A stretch of 64,000 bases of DNA from Candidatus Eremiobacteraceae bacterium (GCA_035710745.1 DASTCX010000035.1:30891-94890), one strand, 5' to 3'; numbered from the stretch's first letter, positions 27,247 to 37,551 are shown. Program-made: numbers and translations. The notes: generated by a model from the sequence alone, not told the origin.

Positions 27247-27696
27247 GTGAGGATGTTCGTCATGGCGATCGTGATGGCGCTTGTCGGAGCGTCGAGTTTG
27301 GCAGGCGCCTGTAGCGAGAGCAAACCCACCGTCGTCCACGGCACATCCGCCATGAAGGTAGTTAAGGGGATGGTGGGCGGTCCGGGTGCGCCGCTGCCGC
27401 TCAATCCAGCTCCCTCACCTTGGCCCAATTTCTATGGCCCGACGCAATACGATTTCGATCGAACACATCTTTCTCCGAAGCTTCGGCAAAAAGTGATGAG
27501 TATCGTGCAGCGCATTCCGTCGCGCGAGCGCCTTTACGCCCGCTGGCTTCCGTCGCAAGGCGATGTGATCGTCTTCGAAGTGCGACCTGACCAGATCCGA
27601 AGCGACGGACGCGGTTACTCGCCGTCTAAGGTCATCAACGAAAAGAACATGTACGTCGACCCGACGGATGGGAACGTTTTCGCCGGTCCGCCTTAG
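27247..27696 (+). CDS. Small lipoprotein, unknown function
   Basis: Lipobox SSLAGAC|SE. 149 aa with no recognised domain. Confidence 0.55.
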   Translation: MRMFVMAIVMALVGASSLAGACSESKPTVVHGTSAMKVVKGMVGGPGAPLPLNPAPSPWPNFYGPTQYDFDRTHLSPKLRQKVMSIVQRIPSRERLYARWLPSQGDVIVFEVRPDQIRSDGRGYSPSKVINEKNMYVDPTDGNVFAGPP

Positions 27697-27710
27697 ATCG
27701 CAAGACCGCG

Positions 27711-27738
27711 CCGGTCGAGCTGAAGCTCGACCGCTACA
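27711..27738 (+). repeat. REP-like element type B
   Basis: CCGGTCGAGCTGAAGCTCGACCGCTACA, between convergent genes. Confidence 0.85.
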
Positions 27739-27763
27739 GCCGACGTTGGTTCGGCCTAGTTGA

Positions 27764-28132
27764 TCAGTGATTCCGGATGATCGCGTCGGCTTCGATCTCG
27801 ACGAGCAGATCGTCGCGGATGAGCTTGCTCACCTCGACCATCGTCGACGCCGGCTTGATGTCTGCGAAAACCTCGCCGTGAGCGCGACCGACAAGGTCTG
27901 CATTCGCCATATCGACGACGAACATCCGCGTTCGCACGACGTCGCCCAGCGATGCGCCTAACTCCTGGAGCGCGTTTTCGATGATCGCGAGCGCGCCTTT
28001 CGCCTGCTCGTATGCGTCGGCCCCAGGCGACGTCGTGCCCGCGACCGCGATAGTATCGCCGACGCGCACGGCGCGTACGTAGCCGTAGAGCGATTCCCAT
28101 TTGGCGCCGGACAAGGCGGAGCGCCGCGTCAT
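27764..28132 (-). CDS. RidA/YjgF-family (Rid) protein
   Basis: 122 aa: GYVRAVRVGDTIAVAGTT..ALQELGASLGDVVRTRMFV...LVEIEADAII. Confidence 0.75.
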   Translation of the reverse strand: MTRRSALSGAKWESLYGYVRAVRVGDTIAVAGTTSPGADAYEQAKGALAIIENALQELGASLGDVVRTRMFVVDMANADLVGRAHGEVFADIKPASTMVEVSKLIRDDLLVEIEADAIIRNH

Positions 28133-28139
28133 GATGCCT

Positions 28140-29213
28140 TTAGGCGACGGACGGCGCGCGCAAAGCGCCGGCGATCATGTCGCCGACGTCGTTCGTCGAC
28201 AGCCCGCTGCTCGCGTCGAGCGATGGGATGCGCTTGCTCGACAAGAGCGAGGCGATCGTCGATTCGATCGCGGCGCCAGCGGCCGTTTCGCCGAGGTAGT
28301 CCAGCATCATCGCGACCGCGCCAATCGCGGCGACGGGACTGACGACGTTGCGGCCCTTGTATTTCGGCGCCGAACCGTGGATCGGCTCGAAGAGCGAGAC
28401 CTGGCCTGGGTGGATGTTTCCCGACGCCGCGACGCCCATGCCGCCCTGCACCATCGCGCCGAGATCTGTGATGATGTCGCCGAATAGATTCGTCGTCACG
28501 ACGACGTCGAACGATTCCGGGTTCTTCACCATCCACATGCATGCGGCGTCGATGTACGCGAACTCGAACGCGACGTCGGGGTACTCTTTGGCGACCTCTT
28601 CGACGGTGCGGCGCCAGAGCTGCTGGATCTCGATGGCGTTCGCTTTATCGACGAGCGTCAGCTTCTTGCGCTTGGCCCGCTTGCGTGCTAACTCGAATGC
28701 ATAGCGGACGGCGCGCTCGCAGCCTTTACGCGTGAAGATCTGGTTGCCGATGACGACCTCGTCTGGCGTGCCCTTCTTGAAATGGCCGCCGATGCCGGTG
28801 TAGAGGTCTTCGGTGTTCTCGCGGACGACGACGAGGTCGACGTCTTCGGGCTTCTTGTCTTTGATAGGGCATAGATGCTCGGCGTAGAGTTTGATCGGCC
28901 TTAGGTTGATGTAGAGGTCGAGACCGAAACGCGTCGCGGCGATGACGCCGCGTTCGACGAGACCGGGCGGCAGACGCGGGTCCCCGATGGCGCCGAGCAG
29001 TATCGCATCCATTGTCCGGAACTCGTCGAGCTGACCTTCGGGCATGAACTCGTGCGTGGCGAGGTAGTGGTCGGCGCCGAACGGATACGACTTCGTCTCG
29101 TAGCTGAAACCAAAAAGGTCCGCCGCTTTCGCGAGGACCTTGAGGCCTTCATCGGTCACCTCGGGCCCGACGCCATCGCCGGGGATGACCGCGATCCGGT
29201 ATGTCTTTCCCAT
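28140..29213 (-). CDS. leuB: 3-isopropylmalate dehydrogenase (or related homoisocitrate/tartrate dehydrogenase)
   Basis: YRIAVIPGDGVGPEV, VRENTEDLYTGIGG, NLFGDIITDLGAMVQGGMGVAASGN. The ATG at 29213 overlaps the leuD stop (ATGA). Confidence 0.8.
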   Translation of the reverse strand: MGKTYRIAVIPGDGVGPEVTDEGLKVLAKAADLFGFSYETKSYPFGADHYLATHEFMPEGQLDEFRTMDAILLGAIGDPRLPPGLVERGVIAATRFGLDLYINLRPIKLYAEHLCPIKDKKPEDVDLVVVRENTEDLYTGIGGHFKKGTPDEVVIGNQIFTRKGCERAVRYAFELARKRAKRKKLTLVDKANAIEIQQLWRRTVEEVAKEYPDVAFEFAYIDAACMWMVKNPESFDVVVTTNLFGDIITDLGAMVQGGMGVAASGNIHPGQVSLFEPIHGSAPKYKGRNVVSPVAAIGAVAMMLDYLGETAAGAAIESTIASLLSSKRIPSLDASSGLSTNDVGDMIAGALRAPSVA

Positions 29214-29719
29214 CAGGCCGACTGCTTCTCCGCCAACCGCTTTTCGACGTAGCGCAGCAGTCCGCCCATCTTGATCAGGTCCTGCATGAACGGCGGCAGC
29301 TGCGTCGACTTGTACTCTTTGCCGCTGCGCTCGTTGCGGATGACGCCGTTCGCCGCGTCGACCGTGATCGGGTCGCCGTCTTCGATGGCATCGACCGCTT
29401 CGACGCTTTCGAAGATCGGAAGCCCCGTGTTGATGCAATTCCTATAGAAGATCCGCGCGAACGATTTCGCGACGACGCCCGCGACGCCGGCGCCTTTGAG
29501 CGCGACCGCCGCGACTTCGCGCGACGAGCCGCAGCCGAAGTTCGTGTCGGCGACGATGAGGTCGCCGGGCTTCGCCTTCTTGACGAAGTTGGCGTCGAGA
29601 TCTTCGAGCGCGTGCTTGCCGAGCTCGACCGGGTCGATAAGGTTGCAATAACGGCCGGGAATGATGACGTCGGTGTCGACGTTCTTGCCGTACTTGTGCG
29701 CAGTGCCTTTGAGGATCAT
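29213..29719 (-). CDS. leuD: 3-isopropylmalate dehydratase small subunit (archaeal-type)
   Basis: KYGKNVDTDVIIPGRY, GDLIVADTNFGCGSSRE. 168 aa. Confidence 0.8.
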   Translation of the reverse strand: MILKGTAHKYGKNVDTDVIIPGRYCNLIDPVELGKHALEDLDANFVKKAKPGDLIVADTNFGCGSSREVAAVALKGAGVAGVVAKSFARIFYRNCINTGLPIFESVEAVDAIEDGDPITVDAANGVIRNERSGKEYKSTQLPPFMQDLIKMGGLLRYVEKRLAEKQSA

Positions 29720-29729
29720 GATCGCTTCC

Positions 29730-31019
29730 TTACGCCGTCGTCGTCGCGAAGAGCTGCTCGGGTCCGCAGATGTGGCCCGCGATCGCCGACGCAGCGGCGA
29801 CGTACGGACCCGCGAGGTACACTTCCGACTTCACGTGGCCCATGCGGCCGCGGAAATTGCGGTTCGTCGTCGAGATGCACCGCTCGCCGTCCGCAAGGAC
29901 GCCCATGTGGCCGCCGACGCACGGCCCGCAGGTCGGCGTCGAGAGGACGCAGCCTGCGTCGATGAAGATTTCCGCCAGTCCCTCGGTGATGCACTGCTTG
30001 TACACCTTCTGGCTGCCGGGTATGACGATCGCGCGGACGCTCGGATGGACTTTGCGGCCTTTGAGAATCTCGGCGGCTTGACGCATGTCCTCGATGCGCC
30101 CGTTCGTGCACGTACCGATGACGGCTTGATCGACTTTGATATCGCTCAGCTGCGAAGCGTTCTTGTGCGTGTTCTCCGGCAGGAACGGGATCGCGACTTG
30201 CGGTTCGATGACCGAGCAGTCGATGGTGAACGAGTTCTGATATTCCGCTTTCGGATCGGCGTGGTAGACGGTGTAGTTCTTCTTGCCGACGGCGGCGCAG
30301 TACGCTTCGGCGACTGCGTCGACTGCGAAGATGCCGTTCTTCGCCCCGGCTTCGATCGACATGTTCGCCATCGTGAATCGGCCGCTGATGGGCAGCTCGC
30401 GGAGGACGGGGCCGGTGAACTCGAGCGCGCAGTACGTGGCACCGTCGACGCCGACGATGCCGAGCGTACGAAGGATGAGGTCTTTCGCGGAGACGTAAGG
30501 CCGGAGTTTGCCCTCGTAGACGAGCTTGATGCTCGGGGGAACGCGGACCCACATCTCGCCGGTCGCGAAGGCAGCCGCGATGTCGGTCGAGCCGACGCCG
30601 GTCGCGAACGCGCCGAGTCCTCCGTACGTCGTCGTGTGGCTATCGCCGCCGATAATCGTCTCGCCAGGGCCGACCATGCCGCTCTCGGGGAGCACGACGT
30701 GCTCGATGCCGCCGCGCCCTACCTCGAAGTAGTGCGTGATGTTCTGCTCGGTCGCGAAGTCGCGCATCATCTTCGAGAGCGAGGCGGTCGCGATGTCCTT
30801 GTTCGGCGTGAAGTGGCTTGGGACGAGCGCGATCTTGTCGCGGTCCCAGACCTTGGTCGCGCCTTTGATCTTGCGGAACTCGGTGATCGCAACAGCTGCC
30901 GAGAGCTCGTTCGCCATGACGAGGTCGAGCTCGATCGAGATGATGTCGCCCGGAGCGACCTGCGCCTTGCCCGAGTGGGCGGCGAGGATCTTCTCGGTCA
31001 TGGTCATGGGGCGCGCCAT
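29730..31019 (-). CDS. leuC: 3-isopropylmalate dehydratase large subunit (aconitase family, archaeal-type)
   Basis: MTEKILAAHSG, GGDSHTTTYGGLGAF, GTCTNGRIEDM, TCGPCVGGHMG. The ATG at 31019 is preceded by GGAGGAACCCC. Confidence 0.8.
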   Translation of the reverse strand: MARPMTMTEKILAAHSGKAQVAPGDIISIELDLVMANELSAAVAITEFRKIKGATKVWDRDKIALVPSHFTPNKDIATASLSKMMRDFATEQNITHYFEVGRGGIEHVVLPESGMVGPGETIIGGDSHTTTYGGLGAFATGVGSTDIAAAFATGEMWVRVPPSIKLVYEGKLRPYVSAKDLILRTLGIVGVDGATYCALEFTGPVLRELPISGRFTMANMSIEAGAKNGIFAVDAVAEAYCAAVGKKNYTVYHADPKAEYQNSFTIDCSVIEPQVAIPFLPENTHKNASQLSDIKVDQAVIGTCTNGRIEDMRQAAEILKGRKVHPSVRAIVIPGSQKVYKQCITEGLAEIFIDAGCVLSTPTCGPCVGGHMGVLADGERCISTTNRNFRGRMGHVKSEVYLAGPYVAAASAIAGHICGPEQLFATTTA

Positions 31020-31167
31020 GGGGTTCCTCCGGCTGATTGCTTGGACGGCCGACCGCACCGGACGACGCGGGTTGCGTCCGAATGGCGGTGCGTGCGGGTG
31101 GACTAAGGCGTATGTTTCTGCCCTTCGCCGTGCCGCGCCTCCGGGTGGAATTACCTCGCGGAAAGCA

Positions 31168-32175
31168 CTAGTGGACCGCTATCCAACCCGTGCTGACGAG
31201 TCCGGTGTTCTGACCATTGATGACGCGAAGGGGCAAATAGCCGCGCGTGCTCGCCACGTCATCCCGGTAAACGAGCACCGCACTCGACTGTCCGCCGGTG
31301 AGACACGGAAATATCACGTCGCCGGCAACGTCAACTGGCCCTCCGTTGAGCGCAAATGGCTGTTGGCCTAGCGGATTGATGACCCGAATAGGCGCCACAT
31401 CGCCATTCGCTATTGAGGAGAATTCGCGAACCGTTCCTTCCGGGATAATGCTGACGTTGGACACCCAGAGCGTTCCCGGACCGAGCGAGACACCGACTGG
31501 TTCGTTCAGCCCGGTGACCGGGCCGGCTATTACCTGTTTCGGCGCGACATTGCCCGACTGACTCGGGCCGAAGCGCATCACTTTCGCTGCGCCTAGATCG
31601 GCGACCCACACGTCGCCTCTATCGCTTATGGCGATGCCTGAAGGCTTGACGAGTCCGGTCGCCGGGCCTTCGATCGTGCGGATCGGTGCCGCATCGCCGC
31701 TTGCGCCGGGCGCGAACTCCTCGATCGCAGTCAGATTGAGATTGGCCACCCACAAGTCGCCGTTCTTGTCCACCGCCGTCGCTACCGACCATACGCCGCC
31801 GTATGACGACGCCGTGAGCGTGCGCGCTGGAGGCGTGTCGCCGTTCGCACCGGGCGCGTACACGACGATGGCATTTGGAGACGCGCCGACCGCGCTCGTC
31901 GCCGCATACAAGTAGCCGTTGGAATCGACCGACAAGCCGGCGACACCGAATAGCAACCCCGTATCGGGCCCGCTGATCGTGGCCACGGGCGAAACGTCGC
32001 CGTCGGCATCGAAACGATATTCCGTTATGGATGCAGTCGCCGGAAAGCCGTTGGCGGCATAAATGAGTTGCGGGTTCGCCATTTGGGCGTTTGACGCACC
32101 GCGCGCGGTGGAGCTTCCGATCACACCGATGACCGCGGCCACCGACAACGATAAGAGCACACGGATTGCACGCAT
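31168..32175 (-). CDS. Secreted NHL/SMP-30-like beta-propeller repeat protein
   Basis: Signal peptide MRAIRVLLSLSVAAVIGVIGSSTARGA. Repeated blades containing GDVSPV/GDTPPA/GDAAPI/GNVAPK/GDVAPI and DLWVANL, DVWVADL, TLWVSNV. Confidence 0.65.
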   Translation of the reverse strand: MRAIRVLLSLSVAAVIGVIGSSTARGASNAQMANPQLIYAANGFPATASITEYRFDADGDVSPVATISGPDTGLLFGVAGLSVDSNGYLYAATSAVGASPNAIVVYAPGANGDTPPARTLTASSYGGVWSVATAVDKNGDLWVANLNLTAIEEFAPGASGDAAPIRTIEGPATGLVKPSGIAISDRGDVWVADLGAAKVMRFGPSQSGNVAPKQVIAGPVTGLNEPVGVSLGPGTLWVSNVSIIPEGTVREFSSIANGDVAPIRVINPLGQQPFALNGGPVDVAGDVIFPCLTGGQSSAVLVYRDDVASTRGYLPLRVINGQNTGLVSTGWIAVH

Positions 32176-32245
32176 ACGGTGGACTTATCTCAGCGGGTCG
32201 AGGCGCCCTCTGGCTCGGCGGTCACTTTCGCCATACGACGATAGA

Positions 32246-32278
32246 CCGCGGCGGTCGAGATGAATCTCGACCGCTCCC
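32246..32278 (-). repeat. REP-like element type A (reverse orientation)
   Basis: CCGCGGCGGTCGAGATGAATCTCGACCGCTCCC, the exact reverse complement of the copy at 546..578. Confidence 0.85.
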
Positions 32279-32298
32279 CGGTTCCTGTCGCGAGTCGG

Positions 32299-33126
32299 TT
32301 AGTGGCCGAAGCTCGTCGTGATGTCGAAGTAGAAGTCGCGTGAGAGCTTCGAGTTCGTGCACGTCGCGTGGAGCTGATCGTAGTATCGGCTGCCCTGCGA
32401 GATGAGACTTTGGCCGGTGACCTGCCACGTGCCCGAGACGCCGCATTCGAGTCCGCGGATGTACACGTACTCAGCGTTCACGGCGTCTGCATCGGTCTTC
32501 GCGGTGACGACGAGCGCCTTCGCAATGCTGGTGCCGTCGTGCGCCGCGTCCACGACCACCTGCGCCGGAGGCGGAGTCGGCGGCAACGGCCTAGACTCCT
32601 CGATCGCGCTCACCTGACCGTTGTCGATCGTATAGAACCATCTCACGCCGTCGGACTCGCCGTACGCAACGCTCGAGCCGCTATCGTAGGTGGCGATCGG
32701 AGCGCCGCGCGCGGTCTGAAGCGCAGCCGCCGACATGCCGAGCGCGCCGCCGAACGGATCGGCGAGCGACGATTGCTTCGCCGGCTTCATGCGAGCCGCG
32801 ATGTTGACGAGCTGGTCCTGATCGAAGAGCAGCTCGAGCCCGACGTTGTGGCGGTCGAAGTCGTAGCGCCACAGATCGCCGGCCGAAGTCGGCACGATCT
32901 CGAGCGGCTTGCCGAGTGTCGCCCGAACGTTGAGCGTCGACTCACCGAGGGCGAGGCCGAGCCAGAGCGGCATCCCGGCTGGCGAAGCGGGGGGAGCGGG
33001 GCTTGCCGCGTCCGTCGCGCTAAGGTGTGCCGAATTCCGCTCGGCATACCACATCATTGTCATCGAGGCCGGGTTCCAGATCGGCCCCAGCGCGAGCATC
33101 ATGCAGACGACCAATGCGGAAGTCAT
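32299..33126 (-). CDS. Hypothetical secreted/membrane-anchored protein
   Basis: 275 aa with an N-terminal hydrophobic segment and a Pro/Ala-rich linker. No recognised motif. Confidence 0.5.
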   Translation of the reverse strand: MTSALVVCMMLALGPIWNPASMTMMWYAERNSAHLSATDAASPAPPASPAGMPLWLGLALGESTLNVRATLGKPLEIVPTSAGDLWRYDFDRHNVGLELLFDQDQLVNIAARMKPAKQSSLADPFGGALGMSAAALQTARGAPIATYDSGSSVAYGESDGVRWFYTIDNGQVSAIEESRPLPPTPPPAQVVVDAAHDGTSIAKALVVTAKTDADAVNAEYVYIRGLECGVSGTWQVTGQSLISQGSRYYDQLHATCTNSKLSRDFYFDITTSFGH

Positions 33127-33178
33127 CGCGCACTCCCTCTGCTCTAATGTATCGGCAGTTCTGTCCGGAGGGGAGCGA

Positions 33179-34606
33179 TCAGCCTTCTGCTTTGCCGGGG
33201 GCCGGCACCGCTGCGGGCGCCGGGGCTGTGAGCTTGGTCCGTCCCAACGCGACGACGACCGCAGCGTACAAGATGCCGAGCCCGATCGTGACGGCGGCGA
33301 TGATCTGATCGAGTCCGGATTGGTGACGGAAGTTGAGGTCGAGCAGTGCGGCGATCGCGAGCGTGCCGATCGCCGGCAGGACGACGCGCGTCATGTCGGT
33401 GAGCGGAGTCCCTTTTCGGACGAAGTGCACCACGCACGAAGCGCCAGTCAGGATGAACGTGAGGTTCAGCAATACCGCCGTCGCGTTGACGACCTCGTTG
33501 AGTGCGGCGTTCGCCGAGGGCAGCAGTCCGGTGAGGATGGTGATGACGAACACGCCCGCATTGACGACGGCGATCGCGACGTACGGCGTGCCGAAGATCG
33601 GATGCACCGCGGTGAGCGAGCTGGGGAATAGCCGGTCTCGCGCCATCGAGAACATGCCGCGCGAGATGCCGAGCTGCGTCGTCCACAGCGTCGCCGCCGT
33701 CGAGACGAGGACCGTCGCGATCATCGCGGTGGAGAACCAGCCGCCGCCGAGCCGTGCGGCGATGTACGCAAGGCTGTCGTCCGAGTTCGACGCTAGGCCT
33801 GCGAGCGGAGCGATCTTCATGAAGGCGATCATACAAACGAGGATGAGGACGACGGTGAGGACGAGTCCGATGAGGCCGCCGAGACCGGGAATGCGAGAGC
33901 CGCCCTGATTCTCTTCGGACGAATACGATGAGACCTCCCAACCGTCCGTCACCCAAACCGCGAGAACCATCGCGGCGAGGAAGCCGTCGAAACCGCCGGA
34001 TCCGAACGTGAGGATGTGGAGGTTCGAGGCGGGCGCGATCGCCGCCGCGGGCGGATGGAAGAACGCGAGCGCCGCGAAGCCGAGCAGCACCGCGCACTCG
34101 AATAAAAGGAAGAGTCCGGAGACGCGAGCGGTCGGGCGGATGCCGCCGATGAGCAGCAAGCTCGCGATGATGACCCAGACGCTGCCGGTTATCGCCACGA
34201 CGAGCGCGCTGCTCGACCACGTGCTCGGCACGAGATGGAAGTGCGCCGCGAGATCGAGCGTGTAGATGCCTGCCGGCACGACCGCGGCGACGGCTGCGAA
34301 GAAATAGGAAAGCACGACGATCCACGCGCCGAAGGCGCCGATGCCCGGACCGAACGCGAGCCTCGACCACGCGTAGGTCGAACCTGCGTCTGGATGCTCC
34401 TCGCAAAGCCGGTGAAACGCGATGGCGATAAAGATGATCGGCACCGTCAAAGCGACGAGCGCCATCGGAGCGCCCGTGCCTGCGGCCGCGACCATCAGAC
34501 CGAACGTCACCGCGATCGAGTACGCCGGAGCCATGCTTGCGGAAGAGAGAATCGACAGATCCGCAAGGCCTAGGACTCGCGCGAGCGAGCGCCGTTGCGT
34601 AGCCAC
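33179..34606 (-). CDS. APC-family amino acid/polyamine permease
   Basis: 475 aa, about 12 TM. N-terminal LGLADLSILSSASMAPAYSIAVTFG and EHPDAGSTYAW are typical of APC transporters. Confidence 0.85.
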   Translation of the reverse strand: MATQRRSLARVLGLADLSILSSASMAPAYSIAVTFGLMVAAAGTGAPMALVALTVPIIFIAIAFHRLCEEHPDAGSTYAWSRLAFGPGIGAFGAWIVVLSYFFAAVAAVVPAGIYTLDLAAHFHLVPSTWSSSALVVAITGSVWVIIASLLLIGGIRPTARVSGLFLLFECAVLLGFAALAFFHPPAAAIAPASNLHILTFGSGGFDGFLAAMVLAVWVTDGWEVSSYSSEENQGGSRIPGLGGLIGLVLTVVLILVCMIAFMKIAPLAGLASNSDDSLAYIAARLGGGWFSTAMIATVLVSTAATLWTTQLGISRGMFSMARDRLFPSSLTAVHPIFGTPYVAIAVVNAGVFVITILTGLLPSANAALNEVVNATAVLLNLTFILTGASCVVHFVRKGTPLTDMTRVVLPAIGTLAIAALLDLNFRHQSGLDQIIAAVTIGLGILYAAVVVALGRTKLTAPAPAAVPAPGKAEG

Positions 34607-34700
34607 GGCACTTCAATTCCGCCCCCTCGCCCTAGCCCCTGCTCGGGCGCCGGGTGCGACATTTGCGCTGTTGCGAGTGCGGAACCTTAAGAGCGCGCCG

Positions 34701-36233
34701 TCATCGAACTGCGGCTAAAGCTGCGTCGGCATCGACGCGACCGTACCCTTGGCGCGGATCGTTTACGTTCGTCGCAGTCGATGTGATCATCGTCGCGATT
34801 TGCGACGGCGTCAGGTTCGGATCCGCCGATAGCATTAGCGCTGCGACTCCGGCGACATGCGGCGATGCCATCGAGGTGCCCGCGATGAGCACCGTCTGAC
34901 CGCCTCCCCCGAACGCCGTCGTCGAGTACAAGTTGAGTATCCACTGGAGGTAGTCGATGCAGCTCGACACCGGGCATTGGACTTGCTGCGTGCTCGGATC
35001 GCCTCCGGGTGCGACGACGAAGTGCCTCGATCTGTCGGTGGTATAGTTGGAATAGCTGGCGACATATTCATATGCGGTGGCGAAGTCGCGCGCCGAGGAG
35101 CCGTCGCACAGCGCCGACGCTCCGACGGCGATGACGCCGGTGTCGGCGGCCGGGAAGTCGAGCGCCGGCTGCCCGACACCGCGCGCGTTGCCGTTGCCCG
35201 CTGCTGCGACGACGGTCACGCCGGCGGCGATCGCCCGCGCAACGGCGGGTTCCTCATACGTCGGGTCCGCGCTGGCGGAGCCGAGGCTGAGGTTGATCAC
35301 CTTTGCGCCGTTGCTCACCGCCCAATCGATGGCAGCGGCGACATCGCGCGTCGACGCCGGCGGATTCGGGTGCTGCGGCGAGGGCGTAGGGAAGACGCGC
35401 GCTTCCATGAGGCTGATCCCGCCGGCGACGCCTGCGGTCGCGAGCCCGTCGTTCGTGTCCGCGGCGGCGATGCCGGTCGTGTCCGTGCCGTGACCGTTGC
35501 CATCTTGGATGCTCGCGCCCGTGTCGACCGAACCGTCACCGCGATCGTAGACGACCGATGCGATGACGCGGCCGCCTTGCAGATCGCGATTGTTCGCGTC
35601 GTAGCCGGTGTCGATGATCGCGACGCGAACCGCGTTCGACCCGAACGCCGTCGCGCGTGCCCACGCGCTCGGCAGCGACATCACGTACATATCCCACTGG
35701 ATCGGCGGATTCGAGATCGCCGGATCTTTGACGTCGTACGGCAGTACACCGAAGTCCGGGTCGTTGGGGATCACGTCGAGCGGATAGCGCAGCGCGATCG
35801 GAGCAGCGTTGATGACGCCCGGCAGCGAGCGCAACGTCTGCGCTGCGGTTCGGGGATCGAGCGACGGAGAGATCGCGATCGTCGCGGCATCGTGTCGATC
35901 GATCGGTTGCAGGGCGCTTCCGCCGATCGACGAGGCCGCGCGCTGGAGCAACTGTGGATCGGCCGATGCGAAACGCACGCCCACTTCGCCGATGACGATG
36001 TCCGTTGACGGTTCGATCGCCGGCGTCCGGATGCGCGCGCCGGCGAGCATCGCCGAGTTCGGAGATCCCGGCACGAGCGCGCTCTGCACGCAGCGTGTCG
36101 CATGCACGGGTGGAATCGCGGGCTCGAGCGTTGAGGATCCGCCGCCCCCGCATGCTGCGAGCGCGAGCGCGGCGGCGCACGCCGAGATGGCGGCGGCCGG
36201 CTGACGTGCTAGCGCGAGATTGGCGAGCGACAT
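34701..36233 (-). CDS. Subtilisin-like serine protease (S8), lipoprotein
   Basis: Lipobox ALALAAC|GGGG. Catalytic motifs VAIIDTGYD (Asp), GNGHGTDTTG (His), GTSMASPHVAGVAAL (Ser). Confidence 0.9.
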   Translation of the reverse strand: MSLANLALARQPAAAISACAAALALAACGGGGSSTLEPAIPPVHATRCVQSALVPGSPNSAMLAGARIRTPAIEPSTDIVIGEVGVRFASADPQLLQRAASSIGGSALQPIDRHDAATIAISPSLDPRTAAQTLRSLPGVINAAPIALRYPLDVIPNDPDFGVLPYDVKDPAISNPPIQWDMYVMSLPSAWARATAFGSNAVRVAIIDTGYDANNRDLQGGRVIASVVYDRGDGSVDTGASIQDGNGHGTDTTGIAAADTNDGLATAGVAGGISLMEARVFPTPSPQHPNPPASTRDVAAAIDWAVSNGAKVINLSLGSASADPTYEEPAVARAIAAGVTVVAAAGNGNARGVGQPALDFPAADTGVIAVGASALCDGSSARDFATAYEYVASYSNYTTDRSRHFVVAPGGDPSTQQVQCPVSSCIDYLQWILNLYSTTAFGGGGQTVLIAGTSMASPHVAGVAALMLSADPNLTPSQIATMITSTATNVNDPRQGYGRVDADAALAAVR

Positions 36234-36307
36234 CGCCCGAAACTATTCGGCACGTGCAAGCGCAGGTGCTCCCGAAAACGCTCGGTTGGCCGCCCGCGAA
36301 ACGCGGG

Positions 36308-37549
36308 TCAGCGAGCGGCTTTCCAAGCCATGGAGAGTGCGGCGACCGTCGCGCGACGCTGGATGACACCACGCGTACCCGGCAGGGTCAAGCGTCTTAC
36401 CGTCGTCTTGTCGCCGGGTCTGGCAAGCGCGACGAAGACGAGGCCGACCGGCTTGTCTGGGGTGCCGCCGCCCGGGCCAGCTATGCCTGTCGTCGAGACC
36501 GCGATCGTCGAGTGCAGATGTTCGCGGGCGCCGACCGCCATCGCTTTTGCGACTTCCTCGCTCACCGCACCGTGCTTGGCGATAAGCGCGCGATCGACAC
36601 CGAGGAGCCCCGACTTCGCGTCGTCAGCATACGCGATGACGCCGCCTTTGAAATAGTCGGAAGCACCAGGGATCGAGGCGATCGCCGCCGCGACGAGACC
36701 GGCCGTGCACGACTCGGCGACGGCGATCGACCAGCCGCGCGCGCGGAGCGCTTCGCCAAGGCTGTGTTCGAACGAACCGCCGTCGGTGGCGTATATCGAG
36801 TCGCCGAGCCGCTCGCGCAGCTTGGCCTCGAGCGATGCTATCAGCGACGACGCCGCTTGCGCGTCTTGCGCTTTCGCGGTGATCTTGACATCGACGAAGC
36901 CGGGGCGCGCCAGCACCGCGATGCTCGGGTTGCGGCTTTCGCGGAAGAGGTCGGCGATACGCTCGTCGAGATCGGACTCGCCGATGCCGAGCGTGTGGAG
37001 GACGCGAGTCACGATGACCGCTTTGATCTCGAAGCGCTTGACGATCCACGGTATCGCGAGCTCGTGGAGCATCGGATCGAGTTCGGCGGGCGGCCCCGGC
37101 AGCGCGATCGCGACGCGCCGGCCGTCGTCGACGACGAAGCCCGGCGCGCTGCCGTGCGGATTGCCGAGCACGATCGCTCCCTCGGGGACCATCGCCTGCC
37201 GCCGGTTGTTCGGCGCCATCGTCCAGCCGGCTTGAGCGAAGCGCTGCTCGATGTAGGCGAGGCTCGGTTCGTGGAGCACGAGCCGGCGTCCGAACGCTGC
37301 CGCGATGGCTTCGCGCGTGAGGTCGTCAACCGTCGGTCCGAGACCGCCCGCGCAGATGGCGATGTCTGAGCGGCCGAGCGCGTCGCGGACCGCTGCGGCG
37401 ATGCGCTGCTCGTTGTCGCCGACCGACGTCTCGCGATGGACGTCGACGCCGGATGCTGCGAGGGCCCGAGCTATGGTGGACGTATTCGTGTCGACGAGCT
37501 GGCCGAGCAGCAGCTCCGTGCCGATGGTGATGATCTCGGCTGAGGGCAT
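36308..37549 (-). CDS. cinA: CinA: MoCF-biosynthesis-like domain fused to nicotinamide-nucleotide amidohydrolase (PncC)
   Basis: AEIITIGTELLLGQLVDTNTSTIA, ICAGGLGPTVDDLT, and C-terminal AVAESCTAGL...TGIAGPGGG. Confidence 0.88.
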   Translation of the reverse strand: MPSAEIITIGTELLLGQLVDTNTSTIARALAASGVDVHRETSVGDNEQRIAAAVRDALGRSDIAICAGGLGPTVDDLTREAIAAAFGRRLVLHEPSLAYIEQRFAQAGWTMAPNNRRQAMVPEGAIVLGNPHGSAPGFVVDDGRRVAIALPGPPAELDPMLHELAIPWIVKRFEIKAVIVTRVLHTLGIGESDLDERIADLFRESRNPSIAVLARPGFVDVKITAKAQDAQAASSLIASLEAKLRERLGDSIYATDGGSFEHSLGEALRARGWSIAVAESCTAGLVAAAIASIPGASDYFKGGVIAYADDAKSGLLGVDRALIAKHGAVSEEVAKAMAVGAREHLHSTIAVSTTGIAGPGGGTPDKPVGLVFVALARPGDKTTVRRLTLPGTRGVIQRRATVAALSMAWKAAR

Positions 37550-37551
37550 CG

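Noticed and set aside
31020-31167. T-box or leucine leader-peptide attenuator upstream of leuC.
   Set aside because: There is no AANNNGGGTGGNACCGCG-like T-box sequence on the coding (minus) strand and no short Leu-rich ORF. The GGGTGGAC string lies on the wrong strand.
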